DNA of 64,000 nucleotides from Ginglymostoma cirratum (GCA_024137785.1 JAHRHZ010000111.1:4855380-4919379); one strand, 5' to 3'. Counted from the stretch's first letter, positions 11,232-24,915 are shown. Notes: a model not told the origin generated them from the letters alone. Numbers and translations are program-made.

Positions 11232-12737
11232 ATATGAACAGGTTATTTTTCCTCCTCTCTGGCTTCCTGCTACATGAAAAGAGCTTTTTTTTCTCTCACT
11301 CTTCATTCTGATGATGGTGCAGAAATTTCCAACTGATGTGTTGCTTTGTTCTGCTTTTACTTTTTGAGTCTGTAATTTTCTGTAGTAAAAATTCTCCAGA
11401 GGGATACCTCTTCCGAAATGGTAATTAATTGCTGAATCCATTGTTTAGGAATTCTAATCCTTAAACCTTGATACATTTTACTATGTTGATGGATCTATAC
11501 AAATGTAAGTTGTTGTTAATGTTCATTCTAGAATTGCCTTAGTATTATGTATTTCAGATATGATCTGAAGCATGCAGAGACAAGACAGAAAGCTTTGGTC
11601 CTAATGATAAATGTTCATTACATGTGTGGAAGAAAATATAGTACAACATGAGGTTAGTTAAAGAGTAGATGCACTACTCATATATCCAACTGCCAGGTGA
11701 TCACTCCCAAGGAGCTCACCTTGAAGGTGTCCAACATTACTGCAAGAGACACATGATACCAAAATTCCATCTTTTATATAGCAAATAGATCAGTAAATTC
11801 TGTAAATTAAGTTCTGCGTCACTCAGCTAGAAACCATCTGTTCTATTCTTTTGTCAGGGATTAAGCATATTTTCCCTGTTATTGATTCAGAGATGTGTTT
11901 TCACTTTCAGTGTCAGTAATGGCTAGCAGAATGGTGCACTGAATGGCATGGGAAGCATGCTGAGAAGTAAATTCAGTGCACCTCCCTAAGATGTTTTAGC
12001 ACAGCCACCTAATAATGATTTGTTTTCTGGGTTTTGGTTGATTTCTCAGTAGTGGGCATGATGAAAAGCCACAAGAACTGATCTAAAAAGCAATTTGACA
12101 CGGATATGCGAAGATAACATTCAGAAAATGTGTGAGTTGGAAACAAGAAAGGAAGAACAACCTCAATTAAATTTGAAACCCAATTTGAAATGTGACTGGA
12201 CTGTGGGAAAGAGGATAATTCAAAGCACTTGCTCCACTTACCTGTGAGGTGGGTCATTCTTGGTATGGACACTGGTGAGCTCCAAAATCAAAACGGTGTC
12301 GATCAAAGCATTTTGTAAAGGGTTTGAGCAGCATGCTGAAGTGTTAGATCATGTATGAAAGGTGGAAAAAAGATAGAGGGAATTGCTGTATAAGGCAGTT
12401 AGGACCTGAAAGTATAAACTGACATTATGTGATAACTGCTGCCCATCAGACTAAGAAGAACTATTCCTGGAAGAAGCTAACCAGTGTGTGTTTGAGTGTT
12501 CAAGTGTTGCAGTAGCAGTATCATTTAAAAGTACTATGATCAATGTAGTTATTCTTTAGTGGAGCCTTAGACAATTATGTAACTAGCTATTAAGTGCAGG
12601 GTACAATGTTAAAAAGAACCTTTGCTGTTTGCCAAGATTAAGCCTATCTTCTCCTGAAACCTTTGGGTGGGCATCATTCCCCATTTGGAAACAGTAACTT
12701 GGACTAATTAGAGGGATAGGTGTTAGTGAATTTACCC

Positions 12738-12886
12738 AAAACTCTGCAGTGCTGACAAAGCATCACTGAACTTGAGGCATTGACTCTGTTAGTTTCTTTG
12801 CAGATGCTGCCAGACCTGCTGGGTTTCTCAAACACTTTCTATTTTTTGTTCAGATTTCCAGCATTTTTGGTTCTTTGTTTTATTTC
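12738..12886 (+). mobile_element. Old mini-PLE terminal repeat (second subfamily)
   Basis: cagatgctgccagacctgctgggtttctc...cagatttccagca matches the subfamily at 23810, 29080 and 48581. Confidence 0.65.
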
Positions 12887-13920
12887 ATCATGCCCAATGA
12901 TTGTAGTGAACATGACTACAACATATTACCATGCTGATGGGGCAGATTTTGCCATATGTACCATATGTATGTGCTTCACTCACCAAAGGATTTATGCATG
13001 GGTAGAGGTGAAAAATATTGTATTGTTAAGTTTCCATTCTATATTTGAACCACATCCAAACAGTATATTATTGCCTCACTTTCTTGTGTGGCACATTATT
13101 AATTATAAGGTGAGAATTTGCCTCTTAGCTAACACGAGAGAACGCTTGTTGTGAATGGACTGTCTCTGATAGATCCAAGTGCCTGATTTTGGAGGGACCT
13201 CCAAATTGGCCACATGATCATCCTATTTTCTAGAGGCCTCATGTCAGAAATTTTTCAAAGATCACAAAATGAAGGTAGAAAAAGAATTGATTGGAAATTA
13301 ATTTTTTCAGAAAATGTTAAATCCAAAGTAGTGCTCCTGTTTCTCAGTCAGTGCAATCAATTGAAACCTTGCCAAAATAACAGAAATGTGATGTACTTTC
13401 TGTAGCACCAATCTGATCCTATAGAGTTGACCTTTTCACCCCACTTGTCCTACCTGAATTGTTTGGTTGATCAGTTAAGAAGAACATGCTATATTCCCAC
13501 TTCAATCCTTGTAGAATTTTGTCGGCAGATGGAACATAGGAAATAAAATCAAGTGTAGACCATTCAGCCCATCATATTTGTTCCACCTTTCAAGTAGATT
13601 ATGGCTGAGCAGCCATCATCTGGGCCCCATAATGATAGTAACAGTCTATAATTCTCCTGCTTCTCCGAAACCTGCCTTCCCAGAACCTATCAGCCTGCCA
13701 TTGAGCTTCACCTTAAAAGACAGTCATTTATTTCCAGTCACCTGTCCTGCCGACTGAATATCGGATGTATTTTTGCCAACAAAACAAATGGAAACTGTTG
13801 TCCAAGATGTATGCACCTTTTAAATTGCCTTGAAATCTGCTGCATGTCAATGTTTATTTGGGTGAATCAGAGAGGTATTATTCAGAAGCTTCGCTGACTA
13901 ATTGCAAAGGATTGGGTAGA

Positions 13921-14650
13921 GTCAGCTCTGATTCAGTGGGTAACACATTTCACCCTTGAGTCAGAATATGTAGGGTTCATTTCCAATTCCAGCAGCTTGA
14001 AATATTAAATCTAAAATGACAAGCCAGGCAGCAGTGAGGAGACAACAAGGTGTAGAGCTGGATGAACACAGCAGGCCAGGCAGTGTCAGAGGAGCAGGAA
14101 AGCTGACGTTTTGCGTCTGTACCCTTCTTCAGAAATTTCTCAAGAAGGGTCCAGACCCAAAACGTCAGCTTTGCGGCTCCTCTGCTGCCTGGCCTGCTGT
14201 GTTCATCCAGCTCTACATCTTGTTATCTGAGATTCTCCAGCATCGACAGTTCCTACTATCTTTAGCAGTGAGGAGATACTGTCTTTAAGATTAGGGCCTG
14301 ACTGCTCACTTGTGAGGATTTTAAAACAGAGGAATGGAATTCTGTGATTTCATTGGAGCATAGGAAATAGCATTAGGCCATTTGGCCCCCCAACTCTGCT
14401 CCATCATTCAACAAGATCATGGCTGGTCTTCTACTTCAAAGCCATTTTCTTGCACTATCCCCATATTTCTTGATATCCGTAATGTGCCCTGGTCAACCAC
14501 GTAAAACAAGTTACCTTATCACTAATACACTGCTGTATATTGGATGTTGCTGCAGACAAATTTGCTGTTGCATTTGTATTAATTATATTAATTATTACAT
14601 TGATTCCAAAGAGTTTTGGGATATCCTAAACTTGTGAAACGAGCTCTTTT
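13921..14650 (+). mobile_element. Old Deu-domain-like SINE interrupted by a mini-PLE (14043-14263) and a CR1 tail fragment (about 14357-14480, minus strand)
   Basis: tRNA-like head (gattcagtgggtaacac...gagtcagaa...gggttca); later gtgccctggtcaac...tgctgcagacaaatttgctg...ttttgggatatcct. Confidence 0.5.
14043..14263. mobile_element. Mini-PLE spacerless inverted dimer
   Basis: Symmetry centre cttcttcagaaa|tttctcaagaag at 14135/14136; 13-bp TSD agcagtgaggaga (14030-14042, 14264-14276). Confidence 0.92.
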
Positions 14651-15634
14651 TCAAAAAGAGGATAGACTATATGAAGCTTTGTGGACATATTCCTTGTCCA
14701 CAATTTCTTTTTCTTTTGTGGGGGAATTAATTAACAAGGAGAACAGGATTTTAAAGCCTGCAAAAACATCCAAACAAATTAATTATCAAAAGTAGCCTGA
14801 TGCAGTCAAATCCAGTCAAAAACATGTTTCCAGAACCAAACTTCCAGTCTTCACTGTGGGGCCTTCCTCAGCAATCCAAACCTCCAAACAATGTTCTCCT
14901 TCACAAAAAGCCTTGTAACAATAATTTACATTTTCTTTGATCATTTCCTTTGCTTTTGGCATCCTTGTGGTCATTTTAAGGAGCAGGCACCACCAGACAG
15001 TTGAATGATTTGAATCACTGTGTTCCAGAGAAAGTAGCAGAACTGACAAATCGCTTGTATTCTGCCAGCAGATCTTGCTTCGTCTTTAGTGATTGCACTG
15101 GACCGTTGTTTATTAAGCTTCATTTCTTTATTTAGCTCTGGCTCAGTAAACAAAACCGATGAAACTTTTGAGTTCCTTATTTTCCTGCTACATGGTTTCT
15201 GGCTGAGATTTTCATTGTGTACTTTATCTCCATTTAAAGGACGTTGACAAATATTTCAAAACTGTGGCTTCTAAAGGCTATGTATTAATATAATGGATGT
15301 TCACATGGTAATGTCTTATGTTTCCCATGGCACACAACACAATAAGCATCTTCTGATCTAATTAAAGCTGAAGTCATAGGCTGAGGTGGTAAATTAATCT
15401 GCCATAGCAATTGATTGTCAAGGATGTAACAAATATATCAAGGTTATTTCAGTAATTATACTGTTTTCTTGTGACAATCAAATATAAAAATTCTATTTTG
15501 ATAACTTTCACTTCTTGTGAAAAATAGTTTCCTTTATTAAAACATAATTTTTAATCAGATGCATTATTGGCCTTTGTTTTGAAGCTAATTAGATTCAGAA
15601 AAAACTGTTAATCAACAACAATGAAAATTTAAAT

Positions 15635-16000
15635 TTACAGAATGTCTTTAATGTCATAAAATGCCCCAAGGCACTGAATAAGCATACTGTTTATCAGAAT
15701 TTGAGATAAGCCACACGAGGGGATTTGAGGACAGGAGATTGATACCTTGGTCAAAGAGGTTGGTTTTCAGAGCTATCTTAAAAGCGGGAGAAAGGACTAA
15801 AGAGGTAGAGAATGCTTCAGGAGAGCATGTTAGAGCATAGGGATTTGGTGACTGCAAATGATGGAGCAAAGAAACAATGTTGAAAAGAATCCAGAATTGG
15901 AGGAGTGCAAAGAACATGTAGGTTCGTCAGACTGGAGGATGCTAAAGAGATAAGATAGGGAGAAGCCATGGAAAGAGAATAAAGGTGAGAGTTATAAAAT
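15635..16000 (-). mobile_element. L2-like LINE 3' fragment
   Basis: Minus-strand AFKIALKTNLFDQG resembles the L2 ORF2 C-terminus; similar to 45575-45965. Confidence 0.65.
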
Positions 16001-18524
16001 CAAGGTGTGGATGAACTGCGAACGAATACAGGCCAGAATATAGCTGAGAAATAATGATCAAGAATAAAATCGAGACTTCTCTGTACAGTAATATGTTGGT
16101 GAACAACCACCACAATTACACGTGAATGGACATTTCTGCCTGACAAATTGACTTGACTTCTTTGAGCAACTGCATCCAAAAATAAGAGGGAAGTACCTCT
16201 AATAAGGTATGTTAAGACCTCCAAGAAACCTTTAAAGGCAATAGTGTACCCCAATAATTCAGTCAATTCTTTGCCTCCCACCGCAACTGATGATGGAATT
16301 TAATATTCAGTGAATGAATCTAGAATGTTCAACCAGTCTCAGTTTTACCAAGGATAAAATGTAGACCAGAACATTCTCCATCTTCTATGAGACAGTGTTG
16401 CTGGATCTTTTACATGTATCTGAGATGGGAGAAAGACCCTCCATTTACAATCTTGCTCAGGAACATGGCATCTCTGACAGTACAGCACTCTCTTACTGAC
16501 ATGGGAGCCTGGATCATGTGCTAAAGTGTTCAGATTGGAGCTTGAATGCTGCCTGACAAACTGTACTTGACACCCAGAAGGCTATGTATCTCTCGCATTT
16601 AAAATAGCAATTTTTTTAGTTCACTTCTTATTGATCCATAATCTATTCCAACATCATCATCAAACTAATTAAGCAATAGCGACTAAGAATTTTTATCCAG
16701 TATCTTATGTCAGCAACTCACTGTTGGTCAAACTGCCTCCTTCTTATACTAATTACCTTGTGTCTAACTGATTCTATGATGGATGGAATATAGGTCACAG
16801 AGTCTATTTAGTGCTGACTGTGCCTCACTGCATTATTCAAGATTTGTCTCGCCAGTGGAGTTGACATTTTGTGGTTTTGAGATTGCTCATTATTTTCTCC
16901 TGCTTATGAACATCATAATCTTTATATGATTGAAGTGGGTTGGTAAATAGTCCCTGAGAGGCCCGCAGCTATTTAGTTGGCTTAAGTTAGACAGAAATCC
17001 AGGGATGTAATTACTACAAACAGCCATTAACCTGTTGAACGAGGTCAACAGTAAAAGCAAAGAATTGCCTGAAGTATCATGATGGTTTAGCATTTCTCAC
17101 TGAGCAACTGGACTAATTGCACTGCAGCTAGGTAGCTAATGTACTAGTAGTGCAACTAATGGATAACTCCCTGCAAACAACTACGACAACACATAAATGA
17201 TGCCTTGGACTGGCAGGAAGGAGCTAAAATGTCACAGCTTAGAAATATGAGGTCATTCACCTTTGCAGCAGGTGGGGTTATCATTGACTGATATTTATTA
17301 GAACTGAGGAGAATGAGTTACATATTTATACATAACAACGTTACTGTTTTAAGTCATGCCAGCAAACTCACTGTAACAAGTGACTCTGCTCCATCTGAAA
17401 GGGGAAAGGAAGATTCCTTGTCAGCCTGTCACTTTGATGCTAAACAAGTGTGCCACTCTTCTACATCCACACAGTCAAATCAATTCACTAACTTATTCAA
17501 ACACACTGAAAATTAAACTGCCTTACTCAGGAAAAATAACGGCTGGTGACATATTCCCAAATTAACTGAGTCATCCAGTCTGGTAATTTTGTGTAGGCAA
17601 TGTTTGAATCAATTGTGAAGAGCTTGACAATCTGTTATGTTTTTGAGCAGCAGTCACTGTTGTAGTTGGCTCCTATCAAAGCAACAATCTATTCAAATAG
17701 GCTTAGGTGAGGGCAACTCCACTGCTTTAATTCAGCAGTGGCTTGGGACCTTGAATTACACTCTAGAAAATCAGTTGCGAAAGGCTAGAACTGCAGCCAA
17801 TATCTTCATATCTTTTATGATTTTTGCAGATTACGAATGTGCACCTCCTAAATCAACAATGATAGCTTCAGTCCATATCTATTTGTAGGGGCTTAGGTAA
17901 TACCTACAATTAAACACAATTAATGTACAAGTAAAATCTGGGAGAGTGTGCAGGACCTCAATTCAACATCTCTTCTCAAAGATAGAACTTCGAATCATAG
18001 GCCCAAATTTTACAACTAACCTAGGTGTGGGCTAGCAGATGCAGAGAGGCAGAGATGGGGAGCTGGTATAAAATTGATTGACTACCTAAGGGCATCCTCC
18101 GACTTCCATTGGTGATTTACCAGAGCCCTAGCAACATGACATGGTTGCCTGGTAGATCTTGTTAGTCTGGCTGCAGGCTTGAGGAGTGTACCCCTCCCAT
18201 TTGGGAGCCTTGTGCCAAATGGAAGTCCTCACCAACAACAACTGTTGTCCTTGATTGTTCTGCCAACTACCCAGCCTCACAATTGCAACACCAATATGCC
18301 TCTCATTAGGCCTTGGTGCTGAGGAACCAGATGACTCACCTTTGACTCTACTCTCATAATGGTTCCTTATAGGAGACTGCTGCAAGTCCTAGGAATAGAC
18401 TACATTCCAAATGGCATTTCTGGGACTGGGAAGTGGCCAGCTAGAAGACAAGGTCATGTCTTCTGGGCGATTAAGTTCACTGTCTTTCCAAAAAGAAACT
18501 GCAGAAAAAGGCCAGCTTTGGAGT

Positions 18525-21110
18525 CATCAAAGAGATCTATACTCAGAAATAGGCCCATCAGCCCATCACATCCATGACAGCAAAAACCGCCACCTACCTA
18601 TTCAAATCCCATTTTCCTGCTCTGAGCCCATAGCCACGGATGCTTTGCCATCACAAGTACACATCTAATTACTACTTAAATGTTTTGAGGGTTACTGCCT
18701 CACAGGCAGAGAGTTCCAAATTCCCACCCCTCTCTGTGTGATAAAGTTTTTCCTCACATCTCATCTAAACCCTCTGCTCCTTACCTTAAATCTATGCCTC
18801 CTGATCATTTATCCTTCTATCAAAGGGAAATCAAAAGGGAAGTCTACCTTGTCTGTGCCCCTCATAATTTTATACATCTCAATTATTTCCCCTCTAAATC
18901 TCCTCTGTTCTAAGGAAAGCAATTCCAGGCTGTCAAACCTCTCTTCATATGAAATACACTTCATAACAGAAACTGTCCAGCCCAGGCAACACCCTGGTAA
19001 ATCTTCTCTGTCCCCTGTCCAGTGCTATCATACCCTTCCAGAACTGCGCACAACAATCTAGAGCTGCGGCCTAACCAACATTTTATGTAGTTCCAGCAAT
19101 GCCTCCCTGCTTTTAATCTCTATGCCTCAACTAATAAAGGTAAGTATGCCTTGTGCTTTCTTAAAACTTTATCCGCCTGTCCTGATACCGAAAGGTACAC
19201 ACGCACACCAAGGCCCATGTGAACCTTTGGTGCTTCCCAGAGTTCTACCAAGGCATTCCCTTGCCTTGTTCACCCTCCCCAACCGTATAACATCATATTT
19301 ATCCGGATTGAATTCCATTTGCTACTGATCAGCCTATGTAACTAACCTGCTTATATCCTCCCGTAATCTAAGGCAATCGTCCACACTATTTGCAAACTAA
19401 TCAATTTTTATATCATCTCCGAGCTTACTGCTGAACCTTCCTGTACTTAAATCTAAATCATTTATATAAACAACAAACATCATGAACCCCAACACTGACT
19501 CCTGTGGGATCCCACTGAGCACAGACTTCCTGTCAGAAAAACATAGCCCTGAACCATCACACTGAGCTCCCTACCATTCAGCAAATTGTGGATCTAATTT
19601 GCCAAATTCTGTCGAATGCCATGGATTCTTACCTTTACTATCAATATCCCAGGTGACACCTTATCAAAAGTCTTGCCGAAGTTCAAGTCAACTATGTCAA
19701 AAGCATTGCCCTCATCTACACACTAGCTCACCTCTGAAACGTTCAATCAAGTTGGTCAGACATGACCTCCCCTTAACAAAACCATGCTGACTGTTCTTGA
19801 TTAATCCCTACTTCTCCAAATGCAAATAAATTCTGTCCCTCAGAATTACTTCCAACAATTTCTCCACCACTGAGGTTAGACTGACCAGCCTGTAGTTTCC
19901 TAGTTTATCCCTTTCTCCCATCTTGAATAATGGTATCACACTGGCTGTCCTTCAGTATCTCTCCAGTGACCTGAGAGGATTTGAAAATTTTTGCAAGCAA
20001 CCCAGCTCTTTCTTCACTTACCACGCTCTATACCTGCATTACATTTCATCTGGCTCTGGAGATTCATCTACTTTTAAGCCTGGCGGCCCACTTTTAGTCT
20101 TTTTGTTGCCTATGCTAATGTATTTAACTGTATCACAGACCTTCTCCCTGATTTCTATCTCCGTAGCCTCCATCTTACTAGTACAGCCAGACCCAAGGAA
20201 TTAATTTAGAACCCTGCCTACATCCTCTAGCTCCATGTGCAAGTTGCCACTGTGGTCAAAAATGAGCCTATTTTTTCTCTCTCTCAGCCTTTTGCACTAA
20301 ATGTACTTGTAAAACAACTGAGGATTTTTCTTTAATCACTGGTAAGTATCTTTCATATCCTCTTTTACCACTCCTAATGTCCCTTTGAAGTTCCCTCTTG
20401 GACATTCTATACTCCTGTAGGGCTTTTGCTGTTTAAGTCCTCAGTATCTGCCATAAGTTTCCCATTTTCTTTTGACCTAATGTTGTATATCCCTTGATAT
20501 CCAGCCTTCATGGGTTTCAATGGTAATACCTTTTCCTTTATTGGAACATGTTGGCCCTGTACTCATCTTATTTGCTTATGGAATGCATCACACTGTTCTG
20601 AGACAGAATTTACCTGTAAATATCTGTTCCCAGTATGCTCTAGCCAATTCAGATTGGATCTTATTAAAATCAGTCATCCCCTCGTTGAGAATTTTGATTT
20701 CCTGTCCGCCATTGTCATTTTCCATAATATTCTCCAATCTAACAGAATTACGTTCACTGATTGCAAAATGGTCTCCTATCAACACATCAACCACTTGCCC
20801 AGTTCCTAAAATTAAGTCTAGGATCATCCTTTCTCTTGTCTTCTCTCTACTCCTGGCTTTAAAAGCTGTCCAGGCTCCATTTTAAGAAGTCAGTTCTCCT
20901 AAACTTTCACACTACAACTACCCTATTTAATGTTAGGCAAGCTGAAATGCCCCTGCCATTGCTACCCAATTGCTTTTACACTTCCCTGAAATTTGCCTAT
21001 ATATCTGCCCTTCTATTTCTCTGAGACTATTAGTACACTCCCAACTATATGATTGCTAGTTTTTGGTTTTTAAGTTCTACTTATATGTCTTCATTTGATG
21101 AGCCTTCTTA
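18525..21110 (-). mobile_element. Long decayed CR1 LINE (end of APE, RT, 3' UTR)
   Basis: ILDLILGTGQVVDVLIGDHFAISERNSVRL (CR1 APE C-terminus); ggttagactgaccagcctgtagtttcc reads GNYRLVSLT on the minus strand; CR1 tail near 18530. Confidence 0.9.
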
Positions 21111-21360
21111 GATGAGTTTCTAAGATTGTGGTTTGGAAGAGGCCATTCATCCTATTGGATTCATGTTAGCTCCCTAAAGAGCAATCCAGTAGGTTCCATT
21201 TCCCTGCTTTATTTCATTGCTTGACAGTTTATTTCCCTCAAGTGCCTGTCCAATTACATTTTGAAATCATTGTCTCTGTTGTTTTATGCCTCATGATCAA
21301 TAGGTCAACTTTAAGACATGTATGCTTATGATATCATCACTGTATCAGAGCAAAATTGAC

Positions 21361-21982
21361 CAAGATGGTGGTGGAGTAGGATGCCTCAGCCACAGCGTGT
21401 TCACTCCATCTGTTTCTTTTCTTACTTTATTCTTTTTTTCTCCCCTTTTTCACGTTTCTATTCCTTCTTTCTTCTCAGCAATGCCCTGAAATCCCAGCGT
21501 CAGTATGGACTCAGACTCTCGGTCTCAGTATGGACTTGAACTTTCGGCCTCAGCACAGACCCCATGTGGTGATCTCTCAGCCCATTGTGACAACCTCTTG
21601 GTCAGGCATGGCTGTCTCCTGGCCCAGCATGGTGGTCTCTCGGCCAGCTGTGGTGGTTTCTCAGCATCCTAGCATGGCAATCGTTTGGCCTCAGCATGGA
21701 TGTCCAGCCTTGAGAAGATTCCAGCGTGGTCTCCCAGTCTTGCGAGCCTCTAGATGAAGCCCAGCTTGGTCAGGAGTCAAGGCAAAATGCGCGCTAGAAG
21801 CTAGGTGCTGGTATGAAGGACTGTTATTGTGAAATTTTTATTTCTTCATTTTTGTATTTATTTTTCCCTAAGGATCTGTACCTAGGTACCTTTGTACCTA
21901 AGATTGTACTATAAGTGGTGACTTGTAAACTTTACACTGTACTCATTTGAGTGCATGTGACAATAAAGCTTATGCTAATTTT
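21361..21982 (+). mobile_element. Non-autonomous retroposon with an internal minisatellite and a Rex1/Babar-like 3' end
   Basis: Starts caagatggtggtgg (CpG-decayed CAAGATGGCGGCG); pyrimidine tract; tandem repeats; ends cactgtactcatttgagtgcatgtgacaataaa. Confidence 0.6.
21501..21700 (+). repeat. Degenerate minisatellite (2 x 25 bp, then about 6 x 21 bp)
   Basis: cagtatggactcagactctcggtct / cagtatggacttgaactttcggcct, followed by atggtggtctctcggcccagc-like units. Confidence 0.8.
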
Positions 21983-22375
21983 AATGCGGAAGATGTGACC
22001 TGAGGTTATCAAGGTCCCAGAATCCATCTTATGCCAAAATCAGTTGAAGCATGACACTCCACTGGAAGCACATTGCTGTGCATAACCTATTGACTTAAAT
22101 GTGAGCCCAGATACTGATGTGCTGGTGAATATTGTTTGTAAATATTTGTTTGCTGCCATAAATGCCTGTTGGATCCTTCAAGGCTAAATTATCCACATCC
22201 TAGTTTCTGAACCAGGTTTGACATAAAATTGGTGCAGGATCCACAGAGGTTAAAATCAGACTCACAGAAGAGTGAAGATGCAGATAGCTTCACCAAGTGA
22301 TAAATGGAATCTATCATCCTCTGGAAAGCACTTCTTTATCCCCACTGAGTACAGACTTTTAATAGCTGTGAAGAG

Positions 22376-22562
22376 ATGATGGTGTACTGGCCATGTTGTT
22401 CATAACATAGGGGCTAATGCTTTGGGGATATGGCAACTGGCGGAATTTTATTTCAGTTCATAAATCTGAAGTTGAAAGCTATTCTCAGTGAAGGTAACCA
22501 TGAAACCATCATCGATGGATTTTGGAACCGTTTGTTCGGTAATGTCCTTTAGGGAAGGAAAT
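22376..22562 (+). mobile_element. tRNA-SINE family 2, partial
   Basis: aatgtcctttagggaaggaaa core shared with 38818, 51278 and 61828. Confidence 0.65.
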
Positions 22563-23809
22563 ATAAACATCTGAATTAGTCTCTCAAACCTGTTCTGCTA
22601 TGCAGTAATATTATGGCTAATCTGTTTATGTTTTGAACTCCACATTTCCATCTGCTCTGGATAAAGATGTATTCTCTTGCCTAACAAGAATCTATCTACC
22701 TCTGCCTTAAAATATAGTTGAAGACACCACCTCCAGTGCCTTCTGAGGCAGCGTCTCAAATCCCACAGGCTTGTAGGAGAAATAATTTCCTGTCACCTCT
22801 GTCCTAAAAATCGGAACCTCTCCCCCTCCAATTAAATCTGCTGTACTTATTTGGTTTTGCTCCCTTGTGGCTCCAGACCCACGACACTGTGGTTGACTCT
22901 TTAAGTGATCCCCCAAAACCCTTCACTCTGTCATTTCCCCCATCCCTAAATGGCCTAACAAGTCACTTGGTTGCAACAAAATGTGACAGAAAAGCAGAAA
23001 GGGCTGGTTTCTGACCACACTGTACACCTGCTGTGATCTGTCCCTGTAGTTTCTTTCTTCCGCTCCCACACTGAAACCCTTCTCTGTTGTATTTAATAAC
23101 AGCACATTTATGGGCTCTTTAAAGTTAGAATTTCTGCTGGTGCTACCTTCGTTGAAACAAGCATTGTGTTTTTCATTGGAGGAAGGCAATGATGATATAT
23201 AATGGCAAATCTCCTTTGTTTTACTGCCACCCACTGACAATAACAGAGCAAGAGACAAAACCTCAGTGCCTGACTAAAGTATATCTATAAGCAGAAAACC
23301 TAAAGTTGAGATGTAATTTTATCTCAGTAAGACACCATTATTTTAGCAAGTGTTTCCTTGTTGCATCTTCTGGTCTGCATATTTAATTCAAACGATGGTA
23401 TTACAAAGTAGGGGGCCATTTAGCCCATAATACCCCTGCTAGCACCAGATCTTTGAGAAGGCCTTCCAATAAGTCTGAGTTTCCTGCCTTTTCCGGCAAC
23501 TCTTTGAGGTTTTCCATGTACTTGCTCAATTCAAGCTTTGAAAATGAATCTGCTTCACCACCCATTGAAATCATCATCGATCACTACGTTAAAGGAATTC
23601 TTCTCCTCTCCCATCTGGCTATTTGTCCAAATACTTTAAATCCTTGATAGTGAAAGTATGCAGGAGACCTGCCAGCATCCATTTTAAAAAAATAGAAAGC
23701 TTAATCTCATGCCTTTTTGGCTAACTATCAAGTTTTTAAGTAGGCTTTCTCACTGTTTCCTCCATTGAGATGTCTCACTGTAACTTTAACCACGTACCTC
23801 ATTATTTGC

Positions 23810-23967
23810 AGGAAAAGCCCAGCAGGTCTGACAGCATATCTGGAGAGAAATCAGAGTTAACATTTTGGGTCGACTGATACTTCCTCAGATCCCCCAGACC
23901 TGCTGAGCTTTTCCAGCTATTTCTGTTCTTGTTTCCGATTTACAGCATTCATTGTTCTTTCAGTTTT
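23810..23967. mobile_element. Mini-PLE inverted dimer (second subfamily)
   Basis: ggaaaagcccagcaggtctg vs cagacctgctgagcttttcc inverted; TSD tacctcatta(t/a)ttgc (23795-23809, 23968-23982). Confidence 0.85.
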
Positions 23968-24678
23968 TACCTCATTAATTGCTTGTCCCCATCCCTATGG
24001 AGTCCTTTATGACTGATTCTACTCCCATCTTACCACATGCCACTTTGGAAACAGCCGCAATTCACTGCATTTTGGCTGAAAGACCAGCATCCCATATGCC
24101 TGTGCCAACTTTGAGAGGCTGCCATGCACTAGAACAAGCATTGGCAATCAGCTTTGCCCCTCACTGGCAAGGTCATGGCACAGCAGCCAGAAAGTCATGT
24201 TGCTCATAGCACAAAGCCAGCACGGTTGGCACTCCTTCACACGTAAAAACTAACCCTCTTATTTTAGTCACTGTTTAATCACCAGGCCACACATTATACC
24301 TGCCCTTAGCTACAACCTACCTTAACATCCTCTCACGTCAGCACTACTCTTTCAGAAATACCTGCAGCCTGTTTTTATGCAAAAGGGGAATATCAGGCAA
24401 GCAATCAGATAAATCCAAACATGAGCTTTTACTTACAGCCAGCAAAAGGAACAAAAATCAAAATCAAAAGAGGCAACCAAATACTGGAATCATGACCACA
24501 TCTAGTCTACAGCCCATGCTGGCCTGCTGCAATTCATCTATTAGAAATAGGTGTCAATCAGGTCCAATTGCCTTCTGGTGTCCAATGCAGCTGATCTCTG
24601 TCTTCCATCAGGAAAGCTTCCTCCAGCTCATTGTCCTCATGCTTCTCCTCAAAAGACTCCTTATGTTACACAAGCTCT

Positions 24679-24915
24679 TCACCATCTGTCACATCGCCTA
24701 GTTGCTTGCTCCAAATGTGCTGAGCTCAGCTCAGCACAGCACACCAGTATGATGTAGCTCACTCTTATCTGGACTATAATGGAGTGGACTCCTCCAGACT
24801 GGTCTAAGCTGCAGAACTGAATCTTTAGGAACACTTTCCTCTGCTCCACCACAGCTATGGTTGCAGCTTGTGCACTAACTGGGTGAGGGTGCCAATCTCG
24901 CTGAGTGACCAACAC
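24679..24915 (-). pseudogene. PIF/Harbinger (HARBI1-like) DDE transposase C-terminal remnant
   Basis: AQAATIAVVEQRKVFLKIQFCSLDQSGG...RVSYIILVCCA resembles the Harbinger consensus AHxxTRxVVERxxGxLKxRFRCLDxSGG...xVxxIxxACCxLHN. Confidence 0.65.

Noticed and set aside
14816-15230. Minus-strand open frames that could be an exon
   Set aside because: An in-frame stop lies between the candidate acceptor and the open frame; no homology recognised
21501-21700. Repeat array as CRISPR-like
   Set aside because: Units are contiguous and degenerate with no unique spacers; vertebrate minisatellite
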